Assembly: GCA_021613535.1 (NCBI GenBank)
Contig: CP075492.1
Location: forward strand, 12,214,001-12,278,000
DNA: 64,000 nucleotides
Reading direction: 5' to 3'
Origin: Adineta vaga
Lineage: Eukaryota; Animalia; Rotifera
The notes beneath the pieces were generated by a model. The model saw nothing but the letters and a program-made list of their open reading frames with translations, was not told the DNA's origin and searched no databases. Both the position numbers and the translations under genes were made by a program. Numbering within the stretch: the first letter of the stretch is position 1; each line of letters starts with the position of its first letter. Of the stretch, positions 27,035-39,834 are shown piece by piece.

Positions 27035-29618
27035 ATGGCTTTGTTAAAGTTAAAACTTCTTTTCTTTCTTCTAATCATTGAATATCCAATACAAGGTATA
27101 ATTAATCTTCGGATTAAATTCTTCTTTATTCAGTCTTTATTTTTCTTTGTTTTTAGTGACTAGTCAATGTCCACAAGCATTTCCGAATGGTGGTGTTTCG
27201 AGTATTTGTTATTATTATAAAAGAAATACACTTTCATGGTCGGATGCTTATAATCAATGTTTGAGTAAAACAATTGATGGAATATTGATTCAAATATTTT
27301 CAAGTAAACAATTCGATGCATTGAAAGCTGCAGATATTAGCAGCAAAGGTTATTTCTGGTTAGGAGCAAATAATTTTGCATCATGTGAGTAAAACGAACA
27401 ATTAAATTTTATTTTTCTCTTAATGAAACGAGGAAAAACACTTAAAAAGATGCAGTATTAGATCGTGAGTAAGCAATGGTTTCCGACATCAGCGCTCATT
27501 TCTTTTGACTAAAAGGAAACACTTCTTCGGTTGAATGAAAAGTGAAGAAAAATGATTTTTGTCTTTTGAAAAGGGAAGAAAAGAGAGAACACCTACACAT
27601 TGTTATACTTCTAAGTTGAGTTAAAAGGAAAGAGAATGTAAAATTCAATGATGTCTTCACTTGTTTATACTCCATCTAATAACTTTAAGATATGCTCGTT
27701 TTCGTCATATACGGAATATATCAAGTGAATCGAAGAGAAAGAACACATTTTGATAATATCCAGATAGAAGAATTTTGTTTTCTCAAGGTAAATCATTGAA
27801 ATTATTTAGTTCGCGATTCTCGATGGCATTGGCTTGACGGATCAGTTGTCGATGAATCAACTATAACATGGTGTCCCAATAATACCTATGAAACAGCCAT
27901 TGGAGCTTATTGTGCAGCTTATGACAGCGCTTCACAATGTGTCACTAACTTTTATGTAGTACATTATTACCAGCTCCATGTGTTGCAAGTAAATAAAATT
28001 GAATTTGATTTATATGATTTTTCGACTGATCAATTTCTAGCAACAAATGCAGTTAAACTCGAATCACGAAGTTCTTTAAGTGCTCGATTAGTATCAACTG
28101 GTCGTTGTACAAATTCGTATGGAGGTGCTTATGCCAATTGGTGGACATATACATTATTATTACTCAATTGGTTTATCTTATTCTGTTTTATACTTTATTT
28201 AAGTGTTCGTTTTAATATCAGTAAGCGTACGGTTATATTGACAATGATTATTGGAATACTCTCATTTATGATGATTATTGCCTTTGGTATTCTTTGGGGT
28301 GTACAATGTATGTAATTGAAATTTGTTTTATTTTGAAATTATTGTTGTCTTGGTTTTTTAGATCAAGATATTATACAAATTCCATTGATTGTAGTTGCAA
28401 TTGGCTGTGTTGCTAGTTTATTGTTTCTAGTGCATATTTTAATTCTTGTTTGGAATCGTCGAACCGGTAAAAAATGAAGTATTTTTGTTCTCGAAAGTAA
28501 ATCTTGTTTTTATTTAGTACAACGATCGTTGGCATGTGTGATTGTAACAATTATTGCAACAGTAATTGAACTAGGTTTAATGATTGGCATAACTATTTGT
28601 ATTGCTAACTGTTCAGAATATATTTCTTTATCATATACATTGGTTGATAAAGGTAAATAGATTGATCTACTTTATTAATGTTTGATTAATATTTGCATTT
28701 TATTCTAGATATTATCGCTTCGCTCTTAGCTGGAATTATGGCTGCCATCTCGATTGCATTATATACTGGACTTCTCTATCTAATAGGTGAGTGTAATTGT
28801 TTTTTTCTTTAGTAGTCAACCTACTGAGTTTACATATTAAAAGTACTTTTGTTTTGTTTTTGAGTAATGTACTTTTTAAACTAAGAGGAAAAAAATTATA
28901 TTAAGACCTATGTTTGATTGTCAACGATCTTATATCATGTTTTATAGTCGGAAAATCTCTTATAAATTATATTTCCGGAATGAATACATAAGTTGTCATT
29001 TGCTTGAAAAATAATCATAAGCAGTGTTTCTATTATTTACAGTTTACAGTCGATGAGTTAAAATTCTTTCTACAGTAGTTCGAAATAATTAATCAAATCT
29101 ATGCCAAAATTTCATTCATTTTAGGTGATCCAAGTTCCGATCGTGTAATTAGCGTTCGATCTGCTCCAAACGCTTTAGTACCAGGACATATAGCTCAATC
29201 AAATGCTGCTCGTCATTCACAACAGAATAATGGAATCAATCCACGTGGTATTAGTGGACCTCCTAGAAAACACGAACAAATCGATCGAGCAACATCACCT
29301 GTTGATGAGCGAATTCTTGAAGAATTCTATTCTGATCGTCCTAGAGATATGCATCAATATCATTTAGAAGGACGACAATATGTTGTTTATGAAGGAAAAA
29401 CGTTTTCGGACATTGAACCATTACGAAAAGGTAAAAATTAATTATATTTATTTTCATATCATTCCCTATTTATTATTATAGATTTAACTCAAGCAATGTT
29501 ATTACAAGAACGTAATGGTTTACGTGAAACAATTGCTCGTGCAAAAGGTTCTCCACATGCATCAACACTTGTGGAAGAAATTCGTCAAGCAGAGAATCTA
29601 CTCAATCGATTAAAATAG
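27035..29618 (+). CDS. Signal peptide, C-type lectin-like domain, ~5 TM helices and cytosolic tail; apparent 1-nt deletion near 27950
   Basis: CYYY..LSWSDAYNQC..FWLGAN..WHWLDGS..W..YCAAY..C, then five hydrophobic segments over four exons, then a polar tail ending RQAENLLNRLK*. Confidence 0.85.
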
Positions 29619-30176
29619 AAAAAAGACATTTAAAGAGATAGACATTCATTTCTCCAACAAAAAAAACTATACACGGGCTTTTGTTCGTTTTCTTCTTCTT
29701 CTTTTTCTTTTTGTCTTCGTATATATATATACATTCGATGAAATAATTTCATTTCTGACGTTTTGGGCTGCCTTTGTTTTTTATTTTTCACATAAACACA
29801 AAAAGAAAAAGAATGATCAACTGTGCGTGTGTTTGGATGTGTATGAATAATGAATCTATATATATATGTATATATATACAACACAAAATGATGTTAAACA
29901 ATACACAAAGAAAGAGAAACAAGTAGAAGGAAAAAGGAAAAAACAATCAGTTTGTTGCCACCTTTGTATTTTTTACAAGAGCAAAAAGAAAAGGAAAAAA
30001 AAATACTTCGGTCAACTTAATCAACAAGCACGAAGAATAGCGCATACATCGAAATATCTTGGAAAATAATAAGATCGAATATGTATGATAGAGAAGGATC
30101 TTGACTTTTTTCCGTAGAGGAAATAAAATATTTACAAGTCAACATACATTCACATAATTGAAGTAAACGAAAGAAA

Positions 30177-33100
30177 TTAACCATCAGGTGTACTATTTCC
30201 TGGTAAAGATCGTTGTTTTTTCGTTCCTGTTGTTGAAGAATTTGCATTTGAACCAGTTCGTTTCAAAGAATTATTCGTATTTGAATGATTAGATGAGATT
30301 TGTTGTTGATCTTGTAACCATCGAACTTGCGTTGCCGGTCCATATCCACGTTCATTACGTGCAGCAATACGAAATATAATGGCTGGTTTACTACTCGTAG
30401 TTGTATCAAGATGTGCTTGATGAAGTTGAACAGCATTCACTGAACATTCAGCTGATACACCACCATAAACACGAACAAATGCCATTTGTGATGCTTGCTG
30501 CGATTGAGGACGTGTAGATGTATTATCAGTTGAAGTATTTTTTACTGCTAAATAGACAGCATAACCAGTAATCAATGATGATGCATTTGACGGAGGATCC
30601 CAAGTTAAATGTGCACCACCATCCGGTGTCTAGATAGAAATGACAGTGAAGATGGATGATTGATGAATTTCTTAATTTACTTTTGTAATCTTTATGTTTG
30701 ATGGTGCTGGCGGTGAACCTGGCAAACATGTTTTAAATGCTGCTGCTTCACTCCATGGACCGCGACCACAAGAATTTACAGCAGCAATACGAAGTTTATA
30801 GATCACACCTGGTTCAAGATCAACTTTTTTAACTAGATTATGCACTTGAAGTGAATCAAGATCCTAATAAAGTAAATATATGTCTATGAAATTAAAACAA
30901 AATAATCTATTCCAACGTACATAATTATCAAGATTAATTTTCGATGGAACAACATAATAATGTTTTATGTCAGCGGATGTTGTTTTAAATGTTCCAACTA
31001 AATGCCAACCATCACTATCATCATTGTCAACGGATTTGAAATTATTTGCTACGGTTTGTTGTTGTGTATCAACTTTTGAATTACCATTGAGAGTATCATG
31101 ATTGTCTTTAAAAAAAAGAAATAAAGAAATTTGATATTTTAAGTCATTTATTTATTTATTTACTTATTGATGTTTGTGAAGTTACATTCGTTGGTAACTG
31201 TTGTGATGCTGGACTAGAAGAATTTTGTAATTCTAAAGAAAGACATAGAAATATATGATATTTTCAAATGCCACTAGAAAATATCTATGACAACATGGAG
31301 TGTAATTGCTTTTACAAACTCAATATTACATTTTTATCGCACTTGAACTACTTATTATCAATACTTCCGATAGTCAAGGTTAACAACATCAGTCACATTG
31401 CTTTAAAGCTTATGTCTGTCACTTTTTATATGTGTCTTACCAGATGTGCCGTTTTGTAATGGCTGAAAAAGAAAGCAAAAACGATAATTTCATCATCAAG
31501 TTAACAAAACAATAAACTTACTAGATCATCTACACTTCCATCTAGTTGAGGAAGATTTGGTTCTTGTTGATTATTACCAGTATTTGTTGATGGTGTATTT
31601 GTTTGATCGACATTGGTCATTTGTATAGTAAATTTAGGTTGTTGTCCTCCAGTATTAGAAAATGTATTTTGATTCAAAAATAATACTTGTTGTTGTGATT
31701 GAGGTGTCAATGTCGTTTTTTGTTGTGGGTTCGTAGTTAACAATACTTGTTGCTGAGATTGTTGTCGATTCGATGTTTGTGCAGTAATTGCTTTGATTAC
31801 TAACGGTTGTTGTTGTTTATTTGTATTTAATTGTATAATTTGTTGTTGACCTGTACCTGATCGAACACCAGTACCTGCTGGTGACATTAGACGAACGATT
31901 GTTGTTGGTTGATTAGATGCACCTCGTACAACAGGTGTTAATTGTTGAACACGAACACCAGCAGGCATAACTGTAAGAAGTTGTGGTTGAGATGAATTTG
32001 TCGTAGGTTTTTGATGAAATATTATTGGACGAACAGTATTATTAGCACCGGTTGATGAAGTATTAACAAACTGAAAATTTGATGTTGCTGTTGGTCGAAT
32101 GGCTAAAAAGAAAAGTTTTTATTTATTTATTTTTCTATCTTGTTTTAAATTACGAATTACTTTGCGTAGAATTTAATATTGTTGCTGGTTGATTATATTG
32201 CATAGAAGATGAAACAGATGTTGGTGTAGCTTTTTGGAATAATATTGAAGAATTTTTAGTACTGTTCGAAGGTGATATAGATAAATTCGGTATTGTTTGA
32301 GCGTTAACTGTACTAATTGATGATGATAACGGGGTTTGTGATGATGATAAATGAGCTAATGATAGTAAATCAGATTTCGACGTTGATGAAAGACATGGAT
32401 CGACAACAGCATCTAGATTTGACCAATAAAATAAACATATTCGATTTGAAATTCGATTTACCTGTATCAGAAATTGCAGATACAGATGCACTTGGTGGTT
32501 GTTGTTCTATAGAAAAATAAAGAAATAATTAAAAAAATTCATGTCAGAAAATTTTATCTACCATTTGAAAACGTTGGTATCAATGATGCAAGCACTAAAA
32601 TATATGTACATAGTGAAATGATGATGTAAGGGAAGAAAAAAGAGATCTTTTTTACCTGATTGTGGACTCTTCGATGCAAAAAGTGAAGCAGATATCGATG
32701 ATAATGGAAGGATTGAAGAATTTGATGAGTGAGATGTAGTTGGAAGAATTGATAGTGCTGGTGAAGGTGGCTCTACAGGTGTTTCGATTCTTTGTATTTG
32801 TAAAATGTACGAATCAGCTAGAAGATTTTAGATTTAGAATTTTGCTTGAAATTGATCAGTATACGAAATCTGTTAACATACCGGTCGGTACGGGTGTCCA
32901 TGATATTTCCAAATTACCGATTCCTGCTTTGAGCAATTGCACTTTTTCTGGTTCACTTGGACTAGCTGTTTCCAAACACCATAGATCTTTACAACATACC
33001 TATGAAAATTAACAAAAGATTACTTATAAAAATGAAAAACAGAACTATCTTAATTTTATACTAACTTGATTATTCCATGCCTTTCGATATCCATCTCTTC

Positions 33101-34426
33101 CACTCCAAATATACATTCTCGTATTAACAGTAACTGCACAATGACCAGCACGTGCTCGTGGTACATTATCTTCGAGACATTCTTGTCCAAGTAGTTCCCA
33201 AGAATTTGTTTCTATAAGAAAATAAATCATTGCAAATACATCATTTTGTACGTTTTCCTACCTAAATTGAATGCTGCTAATGTATTAGTACATTTCCATT
33301 CTTTTTCATTTGTATAATGTTCATTTTTATCTGTTGGAACTAATGGAACCCAACCACCGAATATAAACATTCTAGAATTTGCAAAGAATATCAATTTTAT
33401 ATCTATTAAATAGAATGATAAATACATACCGATTACTAATCACAACAGCTGAATGAAGACTACGTGGTTGTGGAGATAAACCACTTGGTGCTAGTTGTGT
33501 CCATTGTGAAAAATCTATTTTGAATAGAAAAAGAAATCTTTCGTCAAAGAACGAATTGAATATCTATTTTGTTTTTTATACCAAGATGGAAACTCCAAAG
33601 ATCACCTAAACGATGACCATTCATTCCACCGTAAACAATTAATTTCGGTCGATTCTCAATTTGACCACGATAGAATACACACGAATGTGATTCACGTTCA
33701 CTTGGTAATGCATTTGTAATTACTGGTTGTTCCCAAGCACAATTATTTCCTTTATATTCAAGTACATAAAGATCATTTAAATATCTAAAATTAAATCATT
33801 GAAGTCAAATTTCTTTGTTGTTCCATTATCATACCGAGGAACATTCTGTTTTGGATCTTTACTATCATTAGCTAGACCACCAAATAAATAAAATTTTCCT
33901 TCTGCAAACGTTAAAGTATGCCCTGAAATATTCAATCAAGAAATAAAGTATAGATATGTATACGCAAATATTGAAAAGATTTTTACCTAGACGAGCACAT
34001 GGTAATGGAGCTGTTCGTGGTGGTCTTGGTTTTAATTTTCTCCATTCCCATTTCAATGGATTTAACTCCCAAAGATCAGCTGAATATTTTCCATATTCAA
34101 TCATTCCACCAAAAACAAGAATTTTTGTTCCATCAGTTGCAAAACCGAATGCAGCACAACCTGTTGGAACATCACCCTTTACTAACGGTTGAAACCATTG
34201 ATTTGTAGCTAGACGAAAGTAAGGTAAAAGCAAAATGAAAAAAAAAGTATTATTCTATCATGTTCTCACCACAATTATAAACATTAAGATCTTCAACAAT
34301 GCCTTCATTACCTCCACCAAATATAATAATTAAATCTTTGACAGCTACTGCTCGATGTCCATGACGTGGTTTGGGATTTTGGCCGATAGTTCCATCGAGC
34401 CGTTTCCAATGTACCTTTGTTGTCAT
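30177..34426 (-). CDS. HCFC1: Host cell factor 1 (Kelch repeats, low-complexity linker, FN3 repeats)
   Basis: [120 protein letters not shown]. Confidence 0.97.
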
Positions 34427-35172
34427 CGCATCGGCATTAATCTAATCCTATTGATCAAAAGTTAAGATACAAAACGACGAATAATGAATGAACAAATATC
34501 AGTTATAGAGACAGAGAGATAGCCACTAGTCAACAGCCATGATGGTAATCAATAGATAGATGCCTCTATAAAGATTTTTTTAATAATGAAATTAATTCTT
34601 TCAGAAATAATTTAAAATTTGACTTATTGAAATAGAAAAAATGATTCATTATTCGTGTGATATGGTAACATAAACTGTTGTTTCTTTTCTACAGATGTCG
34701 TTATCGTCTTTGCTCTTTCTCACTACTATAGGAATATTCCTTGGGTATATTCCACACGGGTTCTAGATTCTTAACTGATATCTTTTGGGATCTTTCCTTT
34801 TTCTTATCTATATATCTATATATCTATATATAATGATGGGTTTCTATTCTATTCAATCATTTATTATTCACATAATAAATAGTAAACCTAAACACAAGAC
34901 GTGACAATTTATAATAAATGAATATACATCTAATGACACACTTATGCATCTTGAGCAACCAATCAATTTTTGATCAATGGAATATGAAGATTGAAGAAGA
35001 TGTAGAGTAGAAATGACGAACATATGCCTTTGGAAAATATACTATTTTGCTCGAGACTAAAACTCATCTATACGAGTATTCTTTTTTTCTGACAAATAAA
35101 TCTTCAAGTGTTATCTTCATAAAATATATTTGAAGTATTTTATTTTATGAGAAATTATAAGAAACTATACAC

Positions 35173-36565
35173 TTATTGCCAGTATGTCATGAATGTATAA
35201 GTGCCTGATATCACATGAATTGATATTGTATGTGTCGAGGAATTTTCTGTTAAATTACTTATACCATTCATGTTCTTCAATAATTTGAAATCATTTCTCA
35301 ACCAAATGATTTCGTTATCACATATCAATTTCAAACATTGTCCTTGGTTGATTAAAGGATCAAACGAAATCATAGCATTCATGTTGTTTGGTATCGACAC
35401 TGATAACTTGACGGATTCCTTTGATACTCGTTTCTATTCGATAGTGACTACTTCTGCGTCAACATAATCTAACAGATCAGTACGGTAGGACATACGTGGA
35501 TGAATATGAATTGTATTTAGTGCATTCAAATGAATGCCAGCTAAATAACGATAAAACCATGATCCAATACTATTAAACATATGATGATTTAAAGATGAAT
35601 CAGCTTGATTTGGTAATGTATTCCATTGTTCCCAAGTAGTTGTAGCATTTTGTATATTATTATGAAACATATAACCATAGGATGGATAGGATGTAGATAA
35701 TGCTAATTGTAGAGCTAAATCATGATGTCCTTCTTTTGAAAGAAGAGGATACAAAGCTGCGACACTAACAATACCTCCAGTAAAATAGCCAGTTGTTCTA
35801 ATATTGTTAATCAATGACTCAAGAACAGTCTCACGAAGTGTTGTTGGAACGACATTAGGTAAAGCAAGTGCAAGTATATTTGCTGTTTGACTTCCATCAA
35901 TATAACCATTTATTGTCGTATTGTAGCAAACACGATGAAATTCATCAGATAATTGTTGATATAATTGTGTATATTTTTGAATATTATCAGTTCGATTTAA
36001 AATCTCGCTCATATTAATAAACATATATACATCATGTAAGAAAGCATAGGAAGAAACAAGTGAAGCATTCTTCGGCTGTTGAAATGCTGCCCAATCACCA
36101 TAATTGTAAAACATATGTGCTAAACCTGTTTCCTTATATTTATTTGTTAGACAATCAATCCATGCTTGAATACCAATATAATATTTTTCAATAATTGTCA
36201 CATCGCCCGTGTGTTCATAGAGATACCAAGTAATCATTGCATATGCTGTACCCCAATTTGGATCAGCAGGACTGGTACCTACTGCAAATGGTACTGTATC
36301 ACTGACAGCACCATCAGGAGCTTGATTATCAGCTATCATTGTTAGAAAGTTCAAATAAAAGTTGACATAATCAAAATTATACAGCACTTCATCAATACTA
36401 AGTGCTGCATCACCCATCCACCCACGTCTCTCGTTTCGTTGTGGACAGTCCGTAGGTAACGACATAGAATTACTCAATTGAGACCAAAGTATATTATGTT
36501 GAATTTGATTAAGAATAACACTACTACTAGTAAAATTGCCGATCAATGTTGTTTCAGTATGTGCT
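35173..36565 (-). pseudogene. Alpha-L-rhamnosidase (GH78) C-terminal half; intronless, 5'-truncated, with an in-frame TAG
   Basis: PTDCPQRNERRGWMGDA, YGDW, ATTTWEQW, SLNHHMF motifs. TAG at 35434-35436 (likely from TGG) is followed in frame by the C-terminal domain. No N-terminal half is found upstream. Confidence 0.88.
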
Positions 36566-36592
36566 AGATGTTTATGCTGTTTTATGTATAAT

Positions 36593-37076
36593 CATAGGCG
36601 GCGGAGCGTGTAGGCTGAAAAGGCTTGAGCCTCACCTGAATTATAGTTTTAAAGCTCAATATATTTTTAAATGTTTATCTCGAAAAAAGTATGTTGATAT
36701 AGAAATTGATACGATATTTAGTTTTTTATCTATTAAGTTAAAGAAGAATAAAAAGCGGAGATCCTAAAGAAGTATAGTATCGATATTATCATGATTTTCA
36801 ATGACATCTCTTATTTTATTTAGTGAATGTGGTGTATGTGATGGACCAATCATCTTATCATGCGTTCATATGGAATGAAATGAAATGTGGCTATGTTTTG
36901 GTTATGAGTGTCACGTTCATGTTAAGATTATTCGAACGGTTTGAAACAAGCATTGCCTGAACTTTATGAAATAATATGTAAAAGTAATATATGTATCAAT
37001 ATATAACGTTTTTATCTTGACTATTAGCAATATTTCAATGAGCCTCACCTCATTTTAAAACGTTCAGCCGCCCCTG
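36593..37076. mobile_element. Non-autonomous DNA transposon (MITE), probably hAT superfamily
   Basis: Imperfect TIRs CATAGGCGGCGGAGCG / CGTTCAGCCGCCCCTG (12/16 match). Exact 8-bp target duplication TGTATAAT at 36585-36592 and 37077-37084. Subterminal repeat GAGCCTCACCT near both ends. Confidence 0.88.
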
Positions 37077-37429
37077 TGTATAATAGTAATACATCAGATG
37101 GTTTTTTAGCAAAATTCTGTTCTCCAATTCGGTTATACGATGTAGAGAGTACTCGAAGAGGAGAAAACTATAATACAAAAACTGGCGAATCATGATGTGA
37201 AGAATGTTCACATTTTTACAAGACGAATGACTTTTCTTGTAGACACAGTTGATATTTCACAAATTATATCTCACGTATACTGTAAATGTGAATTATTCTT
37301 CTAGATAAATTAGGACCATCTTTTGTATGAAATGATGAATAAATAACTATTGCTACAAGTGAATATTTAAATCGTTGGGTGTCATCAGTACAAAAGTAAA
37401 ACACCATTCATCTAATATAAATGGAAATA

Positions 37430-38080
37430 TTTAGTTGCAGTATTTTTATCCCATATCAATTCCTCATGTCACTATTTGTTTGTTCTCTTTGAGTCAACGA
37501 TCGTAAATTTAAAACTTTCCTACAGTTTTCCTGGCATATCACTTCCTTTCATCAAAGTGAACATAAATTCAAAATTACTGTAATCTGAGATTATTTCTTG
37601 GAGTTTCTTCTAATACATATGTGAGATTCAAATCTCATATCTATCAGCATTGTTCCGTTCGGTTTACCTCTATCGGATAATAAAATCCATGTATTTGAAT
37701 TGTCTTTTGCCTATAATATCTTATCACTCGATTCAAATAATGATAATGATGCAAATCATTGAGCTGATGACTTTGAAACAACAAATGAAGATGAAGATAA
37801 TATTGATCTTTTTAATTAATTTGACTCGATTTCCGATCAAAATGTCGATTCTATACTTAGATTGGGTACCAAAAATCCTTTGCATTGTTTATGTCACAAT
37901 AAAGAGAAGAACTTCTTTTATCGAAAAATACCATTAATTCTTCTTCAACTTATATTGTTACATTCGTGAATCATTCACAGACTTTTCTGAAAAAAATATG
38001 CTTAATGATCTTATCTCAATTGGAAATAGTTCATTATCAAAATCAACGCAATTCATTAAATGCAGACACCTGTGATCAAA
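37430..38080 (+). pseudogene. Degraded coding relic of unidentified family
   Basis: Protein-like stretches (PYQF, IVPFGLPLSDNKIHVFELSFAY..DDFETTNEDEDN) broken by stops and frameshifts. Confidence 0.3.
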
Positions 38081-38240
38081 AAATTAAATGAAATGTCAAT
38101 GAAGGAAAACATCACTTTATTATTTTCTGGAATAGTTTAGAGATCGTTAACTCGATTCGAGTATTAAACTTCTTTTTTGACTATTAAAATTAAATATGTA
38201 GAAGTCGAAGCTTCGAGTTTTAAACTAGGTCAGCTCCAGA

Positions 38241-38350
38241 GTTTGCTGTTTGCCTTTAAGTACCCTCATCCGCACCCACACTTTGCTCTTTGCTTTTAAA
38301 CACTCTCACCCACACCCACACTTTGCTCTTTGTCTTTAGACACCCACACC
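38241..38350. repeat. 40-bp tandem repeat, ~2.7 copies
   Basis: Units start at 38241, 38281 and 38321 (ctttgctctttgcttttaaacactctcacccacacccaca). Confidence 0.9.
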
Positions 38351-38391
38351 CAACTTGATTTGAGTAATATAGACTTCTCAACTAGTTCTTT

Positions 38392-39652
38392 CTATGAATG
38401 GGACAAGTTGAACTTAAAACTAATTGAATAATGATGTTTTATCAAACAGCCATATAGTTTAATGTTCATGTTTCATTATCAATGGGAATATCATCTTTTT
38501 TGGGATTAGGCACAGGATTTTGATTAAATTCATCTTCAGCTCTTGGTTCAATAACAACTGTACATTCTTCGTTTATTCCGTTCTCATTTGTACGAAGTAA
38601 TAATCGAAGACGCGTTTGTGCAAATTTGGTTCCATAGAATCCTGCCCAAAGTTGTGTGTCACAACCGGTTATACAAACTGTAACTGAAGAAGGAAATTGA
38701 TCGTATTGCCCATAACGATAAATGATTCGATGCCATTTTTGGTCATTCCATTGTGGAAAAACCTTTTCGTAGCGCCATTTATGTCCATCTGAGAATAGAA
38801 GAGATAGTTCACATCGAGATCCACAATCCCATCGAGCGGCAACACAAATAGAAAATTCAATGATTGGTCGTAAATCAGCACACTAGAACAAATATTTTCT
38901 TGGAAAAGTTAAAATTCTATTATGAAACTTACATTAGTTGATCTGAGTCCTGGATAAAAAAGTGGTACATTACGTTGAAAGAATTTTGCTAATGTATGCG
39001 ATGTTACTCGACAAGATGATAAACGATTAAATTCATCATAAAGCCGATAACTACCAATTGGAACATATTCAATTTGAGAGTGAGCACCACGAGATTTAGT
39101 CCATCTATTGGTTTCAATCAGATTATATGCAGGATGGAATGGATTGTTGACATAAAGTTTCTCATAGGCATTAAAATCAACAGAAAAATGTTGATTCGGT
39201 AATAAAATATGATCTTGACGACCTTTTCGTTCCCAAAAACGTGAAGAGTGAATGATACGATAAAAACGACGACAAACTAACGAAATGTTATGTATTTCAT
39301 TATGTACTGTTCTCAATATTGGTTGTTGCAATGAATAATCGAAATAAAACGTGTTATCTTCTAAACGAACATGATTGTGTTGACTTAAAGGAAGTTGAGC
39401 TTCAAAAGAGAAGAATATTTTTTCAATTAATTCATCTGGTAATATATCAAATTGATTCATAAATGATGCATCGTTAGTAGTACTGTTCATATTAGACGAT
39501 TCAAAAGAATTAGAATAATTACGTACATGTTCAGCTATCTTATGAATAACTTTTTTCATTTCGTTATTATTTATGTGCGCAGGATCAGCAAAAGGTAAAC
39601 GATGGGAAACATGAGTCACTCTCCCGAGTAATATATATGACTGTTGGATCAT
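38392..39652 (-). CDS. F-box protein with FBA (sugar-binding type, FBXO2/6/44-like) domain
   Basis: Exon 38933-39652 has an F-box (LPDELIEKIF..SLVCRRFYRII). Exon 38392-38882 has RPIIEFS..AARWDCG..QWNDQKW..GCDTQLWAGFYGTKF. Confidence 0.88.
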
Positions 39653-39834
39653 TCATCAACCTATGGGAAATACGAGCAAAGAGAATGAAAAGAAAACGAA
39701 GATGTAAAGCGAATAAAATTCATATATGAATATATGTGCTTAGGAGGAGAGGTAACAATCCATATTTTCTTATTGATTTTGTGGACACATCGACAGAAGT
39801 CTAAACATAATGAAAGTAAAATGTTTTCTATCAA

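Noticed and set aside
38241-38350. CRISPR-like array
   Set aside because: The units are contiguous with no unique spacers, in a eukaryotic context. It is a minisatellite.
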